Part shown: positions 62,801 to 64,000 of the stretch, in pieces | How positions within the stretch are numbered: the stretch's first letter is position 1 | How the letters are laid out: every line of letters begins with the position of its first letter | Assembly (NCBI GenBank): GCA_965603825.1 | Contig: CBFDEM010000011.1 | Coordinates: forward strand, 1,116,001 to 1,180,000 | DNA from: Blepharisma stoltei ATCC 30299 | Taxonomy: Eukaryota; Protista; Ciliophora | Direction of reading: 5' to 3' | Length of the DNA: 64,000 nt | Translations under genes and position numbers: made by a program | The notes under the pieces: generated by a model | The model's input: the letters and a program-made list of their open reading frames with translations, nothing else | Database searches by the model: none | Told to the model about the DNA's origin: nothing

Positions 62801-62873
62801 GTTATATGCAGTCTCAGTTGAAGATAAAGCTCTAATGATGTTTCCACATTTGAAGTATATTTTCAGTCATTAG
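59847..62873 (+). CDS. UBA1-type E1-B (1008 aa), lacks the canonical catalytic Cys
   Basis: UGA 60285-60287 aligns to Trp of E1-A VETWG; closely similar to E1-A throughout; KILTDNLYFP replaces KAKSCTLKHYP. Confidence 0.92.
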
Positions 62874-63011
62874 CATTTAATTAAAATAAAGTTATATTGA
62901 AGTATTATTTGGCTTTTTATTAGTATAAATATTAAACGATTTTTAAAGTTAGAAAATTAAATTATTTATTACCATATTTACTTAATTTCATAAATTAATT
63001 GTAGATTTGAA

Positions 63012-63314
63012 ATGAAAATTCCTGAGGACCAGAAATACTGAGATTTATGTGCTTCAATTTGCTTGATTAATACTATAGTAGAATATCTTTATATTGATGA
63101 TGCAGGCCAAATTAGCAATTTAATGCAAATAGAGCAAGCTCTAAAAGATTCTCAAAAGTTTAACTTGAAAGAAGATTCAATAAAACAGCTGTGAGATCAG
63201 GCTAAAATGAAAAAGATATGATTTGAAACTGGCTCAACATTATTTTGAATGATAGTGATCTATGAAATTTGCTTTTTTATCAAGAACAAAATAAAACTTA
63301 GATTTCTTTGGTAA
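63012..63314 (+). CDS. Hypothetical 100-aa ORF next to the telomere (gene or fragment)
   Basis: Open only with four UGA=Trp: MKIPEDQKYWDLCASICLINTIVEYLYIDD..KQLWDQAKMKKIWFETG.. Confidence 0.4.
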
Positions 63315-63500
63315 GCTATTATAAGTTATGCCTAGGGCAAAATATTGAAAATAAGTTATTCCTATAAAAATGATGTTATATAATTATTATAATAACGACT
63401 TATTAAGATCAAATTTTATTTTAAATCTGCATTTTTTGGAGTAGTTCAATACGGTCTTGGTCTAATGCGTCGCTAATGAAATTGATTTCTTTTTTAGAAA

Positions 63501-64000
63501 GGGTGTAGTTAGGGTGTTAGGGTGGTTAGGGTGTTAGGGTGTTAGGGTGTTAGGGTGTTAGGGTGTTAGGGTGTTAGGGTGTTAGGGTGTTAGGGTGTTA
63601 GGGGTTAGGGTGTTAGGGCTGTTAGGGGTTAGGGTGTTAGGGGTGTTAGGTGTTAGGGTGTTAGGGTGTTAGGGTGTTAGGGTGTTAGGTGTTAGGGTGT
63701 TAGGGTGTAGGGTTAGGGTGTTAGGGGTGTTAGGGTGTTAGGGTGTTAGGTGTTAGGGTGTAGGGTGTTAGGGTGTTAGGGTGTTAGGGTGTTAGGGGTG
63801 GTGTTAGGGTGTTAGGGTGTTAGGGTGTTAGGGTGTTAGGGTTAGTGTTAGGGTGTTAGGGTGTTAGGGTGTTAGGGTGTTAGGGTGTTAGGGTGTTAGG
63901 GTGTTAGGGTGTTAGGGTGTAGGGTGTTAGGGTGTTAGGGTGTTAGGGTGTTAGGGTGTGTTAGGGTGTTAGGGTGTTAGGGTGTTAGGGTGTTAGGGTG
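63501..64000 (+). repeat. Telomere (TGTTAGGG)n, i.e. CCCTAACA repeat
   Basis: About 500 nt of an 8-nt repeat at the window end, with sporadic indels. Confidence 0.98.

Noticed and set aside
42368-62873. Recent bacterial, archaeal or viral horizontal transfer of a ubiquitin operon
   Set aside because: Single-chain UBA1 architecture, USP rather than JAB proteases, host-type 15-nt introns, UGA=Trp usage and mixed strands all indicate native eukaryotic genes
63501-64000. Variant telomere repeats as biological signal, or a CRISPR-like array
   Set aside because: The variants are scattered small indels typical of unpolished long reads, and there are no spacers

Overview
Gene-dense, AT-rich eukaryotic window ending in a (TGTTAGGG)n telomere. 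UGA is read as Trp, and the spliceosomal introns are only 15-16 nt (GT..A..AG). Together these point to a heterotrich ciliate macronuclear chromosome end, most likely Blepharisma. Many ORFs in the supplied track are fragments that join once UGA=Trp and the tiny introns are applied. 1-42.2 kb holds ordinary genes: FYVE-CaaX, UBL-domain, a 1267-aa EF-hand protein, Bet1, HMG-box, TBCB, a 4243-aa Cys-repeat membrane protein, NCS-like pair, NT-C2, amino-acid transporter and LRR. It also holds an unannotated snR30/U17-like H/ACA snoRNA. The main finding is at 42.4-62.9 kb: an operon-like cluster encoding what looks like a self-contained ubiquitin-like (UBL) conjugation system. It has 2 divergent UBA1-type E1s (one lacking the catalytic Cys), 3 divergent E2s, 3 USP deubiquitinases (one with an N-terminal membrane anchor), and 3 non-canonical small UBL genes ending in GG plus an extension; only a truncated piece of one of these appears in the ORF track. 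It also has several decayed genes and no intact recognisable E3. All product calls come from motif recognition by eye; no database search was run.
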